From Psammoneis japonica (Eukaryota): 64,000 nucleotides of DNA. The translations under genes and the position numbers were made by a program. Under the pieces are notes generated by a model that was not told the origin of the DNA, did no database searches, and saw only the letters and a list, made by a program, of their open reading frames with translations. The stretch is from assembly GCA_008632985.1 (NCBI GenBank), contig QPGO01000077.1, positions 124,001 to 188,000 of the forward strand. Reading direction: 5' to 3'. Below, piece by piece: positions 1 through 11,195 of this stretch (the first letter of the stretch is position 1; every line of letters starts with the position of its first letter).

Positions 1-1600
1 AGTGCCCACCCAGTGGAGGAGAGGACCCAAGCCAATGGGGATGGTGTGCAAAGACCCCAAAGAGTCACATTGGAAGAATGTTTCCTCATTTTGCGTGCTG
101 GGTTGGGCCAGCCACAAACATTAGATGCACAACACGTGCACTCTCTTTGTGCTGCCCAATCTTGACAGGGGTCAGGCATCCATTTGCACTGACAGGAAGC
201 ATTGTCATTGCATGATGGCACACTTGGACATTCACAGGGGTGTTGTCAACTTTTGTTGCAATGCCAACATCTTGTTTGATGTGTGTCTTTCAAGCAAGAA
301 TCACCACAATGCTGGCCTTCATGTTGTCAATGAGGGCCACCCCATCATCCTGGATCAATTTGATTTTAAGGCTTTGTCCAAGAAAGCAGACAAAACTCCC
401 ACTGATTCTTTTTCCTCTGCTGGCAGCTGTCAACAGTCTCTGGGCATGGACAAGGACTGTGGCAGCACTTCCAGTTGATGCACAGGAAGGGGAAGAATTC
501 CTGCAGTGGTGTGTCCATTGGTGCTGTCTGCCCAGTGGATGATCCCGTTGTGCTTTCTGCATTTGTTGGAGTTTCCAACTGCATCAAGCAAGTGCAAGAC
601 ATCCCTTGGTTTTCTCCAGGAGAAGTTTTGTTTCACCACAATGACCCATCTGACATCAACACTGAGAAAGGCAATGAAGTGGCTCCTGGCTGCTGTGTTC
701 TGTCCCTGCATGCAGCCAACACTGACCTTCCCCATCCCTTGGACTGCCACTTTGACAACACAATGGCCTCAAGAAAACAAAAAAGTGTTGTCTCTCTTTC
801 TGGATGCACACACAATGAACATGATCAACGGGTGTCAGTTGAAAGCATTCACTCACCTTGTGTGGATGCTGTCTGGTCTGTTTGCAACTCTTTGCACCAG
901 AGTCTTGCAAATCTGTTGGTGGTTTGGATCATGTGAGAAGCAGTGTGGTGGTTGACAATTGCACCCCTCTTTTTGATGCAGTCAAGATGAAGTGCAAAAT
1001 TGATTCCTTTGGGCATCTGCTGTTGCTGATCAATGCCTTCAATGAATTGACACAAATGCACTCACAGAATGTTGATTCAAGTGGCTGTGCACCATTCTTG
1101 GCATGGAAAGGACAAGCAAGGTGAGGAAAAACCTGGAGCAAAAAAGAGCAGCAATCAGGTCATGGGATGTTGCAGAGGGACAAAACAGAGATGATGTTGT
1201 GTAAAATGTTCTTTGCACAACAGTGGACACCAGAGCACATTGTTGAATGTCATTGATTTTGTGGACACAGCGCATGCTTTTTGGTGCTGAGGACCAGCAC
1301 AAAAACTTCATGGTGTGGGGGAAGGGCAGACGGCTCCAAAGGTTGGAGCATGTTGCAACAGACACATGCATGACTGACAGATGATCATTTGAACTTGCCA
1401 AATCTTTGGACGCTTTCAACCAGTCAGAATTTGTGCCAGAAATTTGAACAAAGGGTGTGAACAATGTCAGAATGCATTGGAACAGGTGTGAGTGGGGCAG
1501 GCATGTCAGTGTGCCATTGTTGAGCCTGGCACTTGATTTGCAATGCACCCCATGGACAAATGTCACTTTTTCATGAAAGAGTCAAAATGCACACAGCACC
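1..1600 (-). mobile_element. Heavily decayed DNA-transposon remnant, possibly Plavaka/CMC-like transposase
   Basis: TpA- and CpG-stripped sequence. The minus-strand fragment PKGINFALHLDCIKKRGAIVNHHT (about 940-1015) resembles the PKxH..H..D.I...G...NYxT motif of CMC/Plavaka transposase C-termini. Weak match. Confidence 0.3.
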
Positions 1601-1761
1601 ATGCCAAGCCAATTAGCAGGGAATGCACCATTCCAAAGCCCACATTGAAATGAGGCAAGAGACAACTGAGTGAGATGCAAAGTGATTGCACTCAACTCAC
1701 CACAGTTGTGGCTTGTTGTGGATGGAGCAGGGACAAGACATGTTGTCTTTGATGCAGAACA

Positions 1762-2337
1762 ATGCAGAAAACAATGCCAAGATGCCATCTCTGGAGGGAA
1801 TGCCAGAGAGGGAGGAACAACATGATGGGCCAAAGCTGCCTCACCATGCACTTCCTTCCAATCATGGTGGGAAAGACAATGCAAAAGCATTGTTTCAAAT
1901 CAAGACATTGCCTGATCAAGTTGGCATCATCTGTGAGCAACAAGGCATTTGGCCTGTTGGTTTTGGAGAACAGTTGGAGGACACACATGCACGGCAAAAC
2001 AAAGGAAGAGTTGAAGGAGGCCAGAAATGAGGGGCTCATTCCAAAGGCAAAATGCAGCAATGGGAAAGACAACAAAACAAGTGGAAATCAGGGTTGGAAC
2101 AAGAAAGGAGTGGAGAGGCACCAAGAATTGGGAAAATGGATTCACAAGCAGAGATTGAGCAAGGATGCAGATGAGTGCAATGAAGTTTGGTTGAAGGAGT
2201 TCTGGGAGTGCACAGACAGCAGAAAAGAAACCCAAGAAGATGACAGTGATCAGTTGCAGGCAGAGGACAAGGACAACAAAAACATCAAAAACCCAGATTT
2301 GTGGTTCCTGGAGGCACAGCCACAGGCAGCTGTTTAA
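1762..2337 (+). pseudogene. Decayed transposon accessory ORF (EAF.LL.LEN..W / KY / GW...G..RY.EL type)
   Basis: SNKAFGLLVLENSW...KAKCSNG...QGWNKKGVERHQELG; positions expected to be Tyr read as Cys/His. Confidence 0.4.
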
Positions 2338-3099
2338 ATTGATGTTTGGCAACGATTTGCAAAAAATGAAAACTGACAGATGCAACCATGGACAGACCTG
2401 GGAGATGGCAAAGGAAAGGAACAAACAATGGATGCAGGACACAGGAAAAATGCAACAGCATCAGAAATGATGTTCATGCAGTGGAGCAAAATGGGGCCAA
2501 GTCATTGACCTGCATTGTCAATGCAGCACAATTTTGTGGCTGCTGCCAAATTGCAATAAACCCAAACCTGCATGGAAAAAGAAACACGGATGACCCACAT
2601 TGTTCAGTTTGGCCTGATGACCTAAATTGTTCCCCCCTCAGATGTTGCAAACACATGGCTGTTGCTGTTGGTCATCACTGCCACATCAGCTGGGTGCAGA
2701 AGCTAAAAAGTGAGGACAAGACCCGCAACTTAATCCAAGTTGCAAGCACAAACTTGCCACATTGTCCACAATCGTCAGTGCACTCTGCACTGCAACTTTG
2801 TCTGTCTGTCCTGCAAAAACTGCCTCCAACCCTGTGATGTTCCAACAACAACAGCTTTCACACCCTTGGTCTTGCCCATGATGTTTTCATCAACATCAAC
2901 TGAGTCTGCAGCCAAAGTTGCTGCAGCACTGTTGATTTCCATTTCCTTCTCTTCACAATCTCCCACCGCACAAAAATCTTCTCCTTGGGCATCCACAGGG
3001 AAAGCTTGAAGATGTGCCTGGGGATTCAGATGTGTCACAATCGCTGCCTGACAATGCAGACAAACTGCTCACAGAGTGTGTTGAGCTTTCATAGTCATT

Positions 3100-3750
3100 T
3101 GACATTGTTTGCTGTTGTGCATTGGGCACTTCATTGCATGCTGTGTCAGCTGTGAAGTGCCATGCTTCTGACCATGATTTGAGGCCTTTTCAGCAATGGT
3201 TTGAGTGGTTTGCACACAGGGGGGCTCTGCACTCAACCAGGATTGGACACGTCTTGATTCCACCACACCACAGAACTGGGTGTTGCTCACAGAGTGTGTG
3301 CAAGAGTGTGTTTGGGTGGATCATCATCAGCTTGGCTGGGACACAAGAATTGGTAGAAGGCCACACACCTGGGTGTGTTGTTGGACCTCATTGGGTTAAA
3401 TTTGCAGGAGCAGGGCAACAGAAATTGATTTGAGGGGAAAAAAGACATCTTTTTTTTGTGCACCCAACAATGTGGGGTTGTTTCCTCTTGTGTGCCACCA
3501 TGATGTCAGAAGTGACACCTTTTTCTGTGGAGCCAGTGCCTCCCCAAATGGCTTGTTTTGAGTTTTGATTTTGGAAAAAAAAACTGTTTGCAAAAAAGTT
3601 CTTTTGCAAGTGTTTTGAACACTTTTGTTTCCAGCAAAATTGTGAAAAGTCAATGGAGTCAAAGTCAAAAAGCTGTTTTGAACAGGAGCAAGTTGTGAAC
3701 AGTGTGATTGTGTGTCAGGGCCAAAACAAATGGCTGCAACAAACAAAACA
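3100..3750. repeat. Dispersed repeat, copy 1 (copy 2 at about 9030-9620); probable transposon end
   Basis: Shared blocks tgtgaagtgc..gcttctgaccatg.tttgagg, ggccacacacctg...tgggttaaatttgca, cagcaaaattg..aaaagtca and cagggtcaaaacaaatg.ctgcaa occur in both places in the same order. Confidence 0.75.
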
Positions 3751-4329
3751 GATCAATGTGAGTGGACAATTGAAACTCTTGATCACTGGCCTCCGGAAAA
3801 AAGCACAACAGATTGCCATCATGAAGAGCCAGGGACATGAGTCATTCAGTGCTTGAATCAAGGGAATGGTGGAGAGGTCCTGATGCATCAAAAGAGCTGG
3901 AGGCACCATTGTCACTCAGGAAGTGGTTGGGAGAGGAAGATGCATTGTCAAGGCCATGATGGAAGAAAGAAAAACACTGAAGATGCCATTGGAGATGTCA
4001 GTGGAGAGCATGCTGGTCATTGTTGTAAGACATCCAACCAGGACAGAGTGGATTGTGACAGAGGCACACCATTGTCATTGGCAGATTTTAGATGAGAGGA
4101 CAGCATGTGAGGTGTGCAGTGGGAAACAAAGAACAGATTTGGCAGAAACAGAGCAAAACAGAAGGGAAACAGTTCGCAAATGGAGGGAGAAGGGGAAAAT
4201 GTGTGGAAACTTGACAAGACAAGACAAACCACACAAGCAACTTGAAACAAGCAAAAACAATTTAATTGTTTGTGACTTGACAACTGTCAAGAAACAGAGT
4301 CAGCATCCACACGCAAATTGAGGATCTGT

Positions 4330-6300
4330 GGAAACAAAAAGCACACATGTAAAAATTTTGATTGTTGACAAGTGTCACTCTGGTCAAGCACAGAAGCATG
4401 TTGCAGGCAACCAGGCTGGAACTTGGCATCTTGCTGACCCAATTGCAGGGTGGCATGGGGCAATGAGTTGTTGACCAGGATGGGCAACTGAGGCGGGTTG
4501 GCAGCACCTGCCTTGAGCAAAAAAGTGTGCAGAGTGACAACATCCTTTGACAATGAGCCACCAGAGTTGGTGCAACACTCTCTGCTTGACAGCCTCAAGG
4601 AACACACCAGAGACATTGTCCTTCTTGTGCTGAGAGTCAGGCACTGGGAGCACAGATGGAATGGAGGTGAGATTTGCCTGACTGGGTGGGGCTGCCCTTG
4701 CAAGCACCATGGGGCTTCCTCACACAAGCAACAAAGTCTTTGCAAATGTGCTCCACACTGTCCTTGATGCCTGGCTCATGTGGGCATGTGGACAAATGAT
4801 GGTCTTGGTCTTGGGATTGAAGTGCAAGTGATCCAAAGCTCCACACCCCCAGCAATCATGGCTGGAGTGCTGTTTGATGGCTTTCTCTGCCAGGCTGTCA
4901 GCAGCAATGGTTGGCATGATTGGCTGCTTCAGTGGAGGCACTTGGATGGTGGAGGTGAACAAATGCATCTTGCTGAGCTTCCTTTGAACAAAAATGCAAT
5001 TTGATGCAAACTCCCACTCAGCAACATGCTTGCAAAGTCCGTTTGACTCAACGCAATGACAAATCTGTTCATCAAGGTTCTCCATGAAATTGCAGAAAGG
5101 ATTGCTCTGCCAAGTCACTCAAGGATGGTTGGGAAATGGGAAACATTGTGATGACAACATGACAGTTGTCATGATGCTTGGTGGTGGTGGACAATGCAGA
5201 GGTGTCATCTGGATTGGTGTCACTTTGATGCACCTTGCTGAGTTTCTTGCATGGGCCATCAAGGAAGGTCAGAGCTGCAGCATTGAATGCCACACTTGCA
5301 GGGGATGAGTTCACAGCTTGTTGATTTGAGTGTCTTTCAATGCAGTTGGCACAGTGGCTTCCACAGAATTCATCGAGTCTGGGCTCTGCAAGTCAAAGAG
5401 CTCAGTGACAGCATCTAGATTGCCCATGTGAGTTGGCTGTTGACAAGCTTTGACTTCAAGATTTGTGCCGTCTGAGGGTCCTTGCAGGTGCAAAGGTGCC
5501 AACATTGTTGCCCCTGCAGCATTGGCCGTTGCTTGACTGCCACTCACTCATGGGCAGATGCATGAAGAGGGCAATGCTTGGGCACTTCACAGATTCATCA
5601 AGGCTTGACAAGTTGATGGCTCCTTTCATCTTGATGCATGCTGTGACCCCATTTGGATGACAATTGCCAACCGGGTGCCGGGCGCAGCCCCCTGGATGGG
5701 CTCATGATTCTGGCAGCTGGGTTGAGGCAGTTGTTGTTGATGGTGCCAGAGACATTGTGTTGTGATGTGATGACAAGGTTGGAAGGGCTGCACATTGACA
5801 GCTTGCTTGTGTGCTTCTGTTTGGCCACTGACACATCAATGAGGCTGGCAGAACAACATGATTCACCCACAACTGCCACCGGGTGATCACAGTTGGCAAG
5901 GCCAGATGAGTTGGACATGGTGTTCTTGTCAATTTGGAGTGCCAAGCAGCGCTCTGTGTTGCCTGCATCAGGAGATGTGGCAGGGTGCACCGCAATGGAG
6001 CTGCGCCCATGCACGCACAAGAGACGTGCTTTTCATCAGGGTGAAAAAGGTCTCAGACAGTGCTGGGTTTGCCAAGGCCTGCTCAATGGGGAAATTTTTG
6101 GTTTTTGATGTTTGTGACAGAGATGGTCAAAGTGCCGCTTGAAAGCATGTGAAAAGTGAGTGTGATCATCTGGCAGACTGTGAGCAAATCTGCTGTGCAG
6201 TGTGATCAAAATGTGATGAGGAAAGACACTGTTGGTGATTGGCAATCAATGCAATGGCCAGCGGTTGTTGACGGTCTTTGGATGATGACATTTGAAATTT
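4330..6300 (-). mobile_element. Decayed Gypsy-type LTR retrotransposon, gag zinc knuckle and protease region
   Basis: SLAEKAIKQH..CWGCGALDHLHFNPKTKTIICP (Zn-knuckle-like) followed by PQLPILVNNSLPHATLQLG, resembling the pre-protease motif of diatom Gypsy elements; frames broken. Confidence 0.5.
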
Positions 6301-7097
6301 TGAAAATTTGGGTTCAGGGATTTCTTGTGTCATGCACGGCTTCTCAATTGTTGGTCATAAATGAACATCTGTGCTGCATGAATGCACAAAGACATGAATG
6401 AAAAATTTAAAAATGGCCGGCCAGCATGGTTTGTGGAAAGCAACACTTCATGCACCGGCATCTGAACTCTCGACGACTCACTCTTGACGATGACACAATT
6501 TTCATTTTGAACGAGTTACAAGGTCGTGCAGCAGACTAACTTTTGCATTCAAAAGGTTGATTGACACCCCATTTGTTGCAGTTGTAGACTTTTTAAGACT
6601 AAAGGGGGGTCATTTGCTGCTTTTTTAGCTCGAATTTGACCAAACAGCTTGCAATTTGCATGATTTTTCTTGAATTTCACCGTGCTTCACCGTGGTGAAA
6701 ACATCAAGCCACAAGTCAGTGACGGAGGTGGTCTGTCTGCCAACTCTCATTTATTTTGTGTTTGTTGTGTGACAAAGGTCACATGTGCATCAAATGTTTG
6801 TGGACAGACCACTGCGTTTTGGAGCTGTGCCAACATCACCATCATCGTCGTGCTTCGATCACGGTGCCTGATGTTCTCGTTTTTGTGCGCGATCAAATGC
6901 CACGGCAATTCTGGGATAAATGCGGGGATGACCCCCCTTAAAGATGAGGTGAGTTGGACTGAATTTATTTGTTCTGAGTTGCTCCTTGCACTCACAATCA
7001 TCATTTTTTGACTCGTTGCAAAAGGAACTGCTCTCCTCATTTTGAGTTTTGACACACACACAAAACGGAGGATCTTGTGTTTTTCCAATGCATCTCC

Positions 7098-7729
7098 ATG
7101 CTCTTTTCATCAAACCAGCCCCAATTCAGAAACACTGTGGCAATCCATTTTGTTCCATGTGGTTTGTTGTTGCCAGTCTTGTCATCATCAGAGGCGACGA
7201 CTGAGGAACACGATGTCCGAGGAGGAGGCAGCCATGACCTTGCCGCCGCCAAAGTCAGACATCACAATCGTCATCATCTTCTGAACATGATGAACAGAAA
7301 GATGGGCATGAAAAGCAGCAGCTCCAAGGAGTGTTGTGTCCAATGAGAAGTTCAAGCTGCTGCTGCTGGTGCTCAGGTGGTCCCTGGTCCTGTTTTGACA
7401 GAAACATGCACTCACCTCAGTTTGGAATTCAATGTTGGTTTGACGCAAGCCAAGTTCAAATTGAGGATCAAGAATGGCATTGCAGTTGCGCAAGTTCATT
7501 TGCATTGTGCGGAAGCTGGCATGGTTGGCCCCCTTGTTGCATCAATGGTGATGCAGCTTTCGGGACACTTGCATCTTCCGATGTTGTTCCTGCAGCTTGT
7601 GAACCGGGTGGATTCAATGTGAACAACATTGCACCCCTCTTCACTGCCGTTTGCGAAGGTCTGATCCATGTGAATGTGCACACGGAAGCAAATCTGCCAG
7701 GTGAAGTCCGTGGTCAAACATTTGTCCAA
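7098..7729 (+). pseudogene. CHRD-domain protein pseudogene
   Basis: LSLEFNVGLTQAKFKLRIKNGIAVAQVHLHCAEAGMVGPLV and GLIHVNVHTEANLPGEVRGQ match CHRD (HIH.g.aG.nGPv; G..YVNVHT..nP.GEIRGQ). In-frame TGA at 7344-7346 and a frameshift near 7545. Confidence 0.8.
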
Positions 7730-7904
7730 GATTTGCAGAAAGCAAGAAAACAATGCAGCTGTCCCCATTGTGCATGATTCGCAAAGGTCTGATCCATGCA
7801 AATGTGCACACGGAAGCAAATCTGCCAGGTGAAGTCCATGGTCAAACATTTGTCTAAGATTTGCAGAAAGCAAGAAAACAATGTAGCTGTCCCTGTTGTG
7901 CATG
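7651..7904 (+). repeat. Tandem duplication, 128-bp period, of the CHRD 3' end
   Basis: aaggtctgatccatg..aatgtgcacacggaagcaaatctgccaggtgaagtcc...gcagaaagcaagaaaacaatg occurs twice. Confidence 0.9.
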
Positions 7905-9029
7905 TGGTTTTTGTCGTTCATTGAGACACAGGCAAAGTGAAACTGGGCGGATGACAGGCAAAATTCAATTGGCTCCTGGCCACACTGTGCTGCACCCTTG
8001 GGTTGCATGTTTGGTCAGAAGCACAACATGCATGCTGTGCCATGTAGACACATGCATTAGTTCAAATGACTCCTGTGCACCAAATCACCAATCTTCTATT
8101 TGAGCAATGGGACAAGTGCTGCCCAATTGTTTCCACCACCGCAGTCAACATCCTCATGCTTTCCAAGCAGATGACAGTGACATCTCTTTGACTGAATGGA
8201 GAAAGGAAAGAATAAATGAACAAGCAAACTTGAGTGCAACAATGCATCATGAAACTTTCATCCTGCTCATTGTTGTTTCATCTTTTGCATGGCCTCAAAC
8301 CTGCATGTGCTGCAAATGCCTTGCTGGTGTCAGGACACTTTTCCCTGTCTGAGCTGACAAATGATCCTCTGTGTGTGCTGTTTTAAACTTTTGTGTGAAC
8401 AGTGCCATGTGTGATGCAAAACATCATTTCTTCAATGAAAGCATGTCACAATGTTGGGGACATTTCACCCAACAAAACGGGGTTTGGCAATGGAGTTGGT
8501 CAAGAGCCCACAGCCCCGCAGTGCTGTCCATTTGCAGTGTGGAAGCAATCTTTGTGTCAAGGCATGAGAAACAAACTTCTCCTTCCTTTTGGCAATGCAA
8601 ACAGAACCTTGCTCATTGTGAGTGCTTTTGAAACAGTCATTGTCAATCTCAGAAGAAGAGCTTGGTGGTGTTGGCATTGGCAGCATTTCAATTTGCTGCT
8701 GATTCCCAGCATTTGCTTTCTTTGCATTTTTCTGCTGCCTGCAATGATTGTTGAGAGGCACAATGATGGCCCGCTCCTGAGCCCACACCTTCTCAAAACA
8801 GTCATTGGAGAAACAGGGGCCATGACCACAGTGCAGGACAAAAGCATCTTTTGCTTTTTGCATCCATTTGCACTGACACCTTCAGTGCTGCCCACACTTG
8901 CCCTCTCTTTCTCAGACAAGGTGAGAGCACAGACTGTGGCTGATTTGTGGATGAGATGAAGTTTCATTGCAGGGCACCAGCTCTGCAGTTTCATGGCTGC
9001 TTGATGTTGTTTGCTGTTGTGGATTGAGC

Positions 9030-9620
9030 ACTTGGTTGCACTCTTTGTAAACTGTGAAGTGCTGCTTCTGACCATGGTTTGAGGATTTTTGGCAATGGCT
9101 TGAGAGTGCTGGTTGGCATGCGGGCTGTACAGCAGCCAAAGTTCCCAATGTCACAAAGCTCTGTGCACTCAACCTGGGTTGGACATGTCTCAATTTCACC
9201 ATGCTGACAAGCTGGGTCATGCTCTTTTTTAGAACAAGTGCTCTTTGCACAGAGGTTGCTCTTGGCTTGCACATGGCATGCAGTGACCAGAGCATGTGCC
9301 ATTTGCGTGAGAGTGTGTCTCATGTGTGGGTTGCCATCAACCCAGACAAACACAAACATGCACACAGAAGGCCACACACCTGCTTGTGTCATGGGACCTT
9401 GTTGGGTTAAATTTGCAAGAGTGGCAACAGAAGTTGATTTGCGAAAAGTGGCATCTTTGTGTCCTTCTGTGAGTGTTTTGAGAGCTTTTGTTTTCAGCAA
9501 AATTGCAAAAAGTCAGTTGAGTCAAAGTTGCAAAGCCACTTTGAAGTGGGACAATTTGTTGGTTGCTTGTGCAATCACATGCCAGGGTCAAAACAAATGA
9601 CTGCAATGGACAAGGTGTCA
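9030..9620. repeat. Dispersed repeat, copy 2 (see 3100-3750)
   Basis: Collinear similarity to 3100-3750. Confidence 0.75.
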
Positions 9621-9943
9621 GAGTCCAAAACAAAGCTCAGCATGCTTTGTTTGCAGTGCTTTTAGAAGTGCACTGAGCATGGTTTGTTTTTGAAGCTTCT
9701 GGCACTTGCACACAAGAGCTCAAGGCTCACCTGAAAGATGCACAAAAAGCAGCAACTTTGAGTCAAAAACTGCAAGGTTGTTGTCACCTGTTTTGTGAGT
9801 TAGCTGTCAATCTTGACAAAGCTCAATTCACCAGTCACCAAAATGAAAGAAAGAGCTGTCCTAAAATTGCAACAATTTGCTCAATTTGCCAAAAGAAGCC
9901 ACAGCTGATGCAGACAATGCAGCATGTTTTTTTGTGGCTGCTG

Positions 9944-10570
9944 CAGGTGCTCTCTGCTTCCAGCGCTGTCTGCTCTGACAGCCAGCAGTCATTGAGCAAC
10001 AAAAGCAGTGATGAAAACACTGACAACTTTGCCCCATTTTAGTTTGCTTTGCCTGGAATGTCGCGGTGGCTGGCACAAGGAGCACATGGCCAGGCAAGGA
10101 CAAGCAAAAGGAAGCACGGGTTTTGCTGGACAAATGAGACCAGCAACATTGGCCAGCTTTGCTTTGCTCTGAGGTGCTGCCACCCAACAATGTGGCTGAA
10201 CATTGCGCCGGCTGGCATGAGAGGCTGGGCGAGTGCAAAGCCAAAACCTGCACAGCAGCCAGGTGCTCTCTGTTTCTAGCACTGGCTGCTCTGACAGCAA
10301 GCAGTCAATGAGCAACAAGGGCAGTGATGAAAAACTGACAACTTTGCCCCACTTGGTTTGCTTTGCCTGGAATGTCACAGCGGCTGGCACGAGGAGCACA
10401 CAGCCAGGCGAGGACAAGCAAAAGGCAGCATGGGTTTCACACTGAACAAATGAGACCAGCAACATTGGCCAGCTTTGCTTTGCTTTGAGGTGCTGCCACC
10501 CAACAATGTGGCTGAACATGCACTGGCTGGCATGAGAGGCTGGGTGAGTGCAAAGCCAAAACCTGTCCAG
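9944..10570. repeat. Tandem duplication, period about 316 bp
   Basis: caggtgctctctg...gcagtgatgaaaa..ctgacaactttgcccca...gagaccagcaacattggccagctttgctttgct...gagtgcaaagccaaaacctg occurs twice. Confidence 0.9.
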
Positions 10571-11195
10571 CACCCCCCCCCTCCCCCCAACCGGGCAGTG
10601 CTGGCATGATCGCAGAAGTGCTGCAAGGAGATTTCCAGCAATGAACAGCACAAGAAAACAGAGAAACAAAGGATTGAAAACCAAAGCAGGCATGTTCCAC
10701 ACCAACAGCACACGCAAAATGCAGCTGAGGTTGCTAGAGCTGGAAAGCAAAAAGATTTTTTGAACTTGCAAAACATGATGCACACAAATAATCAAAAGCC
10801 AGAAATGTGACAAAAACATGATGCCACATTGGGTGCAGACCCAGTGGAAGCATTGGAACTCACCTTGGACTTTGCTGGAACTTTCGCTGGACTAAACTTT
10901 GTGACCACTTTTATGTTGACACGCAACAACAGTCATTTTCATTTGACTGCCACATTGTTTTCATTGCTTTGTTCATTTCTCCCCAACTTAGCAGCAGGGT
11001 GTGCTTCAATGGAGTTGCTGTTGTTCGTTTGACGACATCATACTAAAGAGAGATCACTCATGTTTTTCGGTAATTGCCCTAGAGTAAAAATAGTAAATTC
11101 ACGATGAAATATGGACTTGGTAAACAACTGCGCATGGATCTTCGACAAGCAATGTGCAATGCCCCAACTCCGAAACGTATGCAAACATCATAGGT

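Noticed and set aside
2554..2560. Other CTGATGA heptamers (also near 37913 and 59894)
   Set aside because: No properly spaced GAAA with flanking stems; not hammerheads.
1..11000. Dense overlapping Cys/His/Gln-rich ORFs in all six frames (also 17-20, 47-54 and 61.5-64 kb)
   Set aside because: A by-product of TpA loss: TAA/TAG stops and Tyr codons are removed and TG/CA codons enriched. These are not metal-binding proteins.
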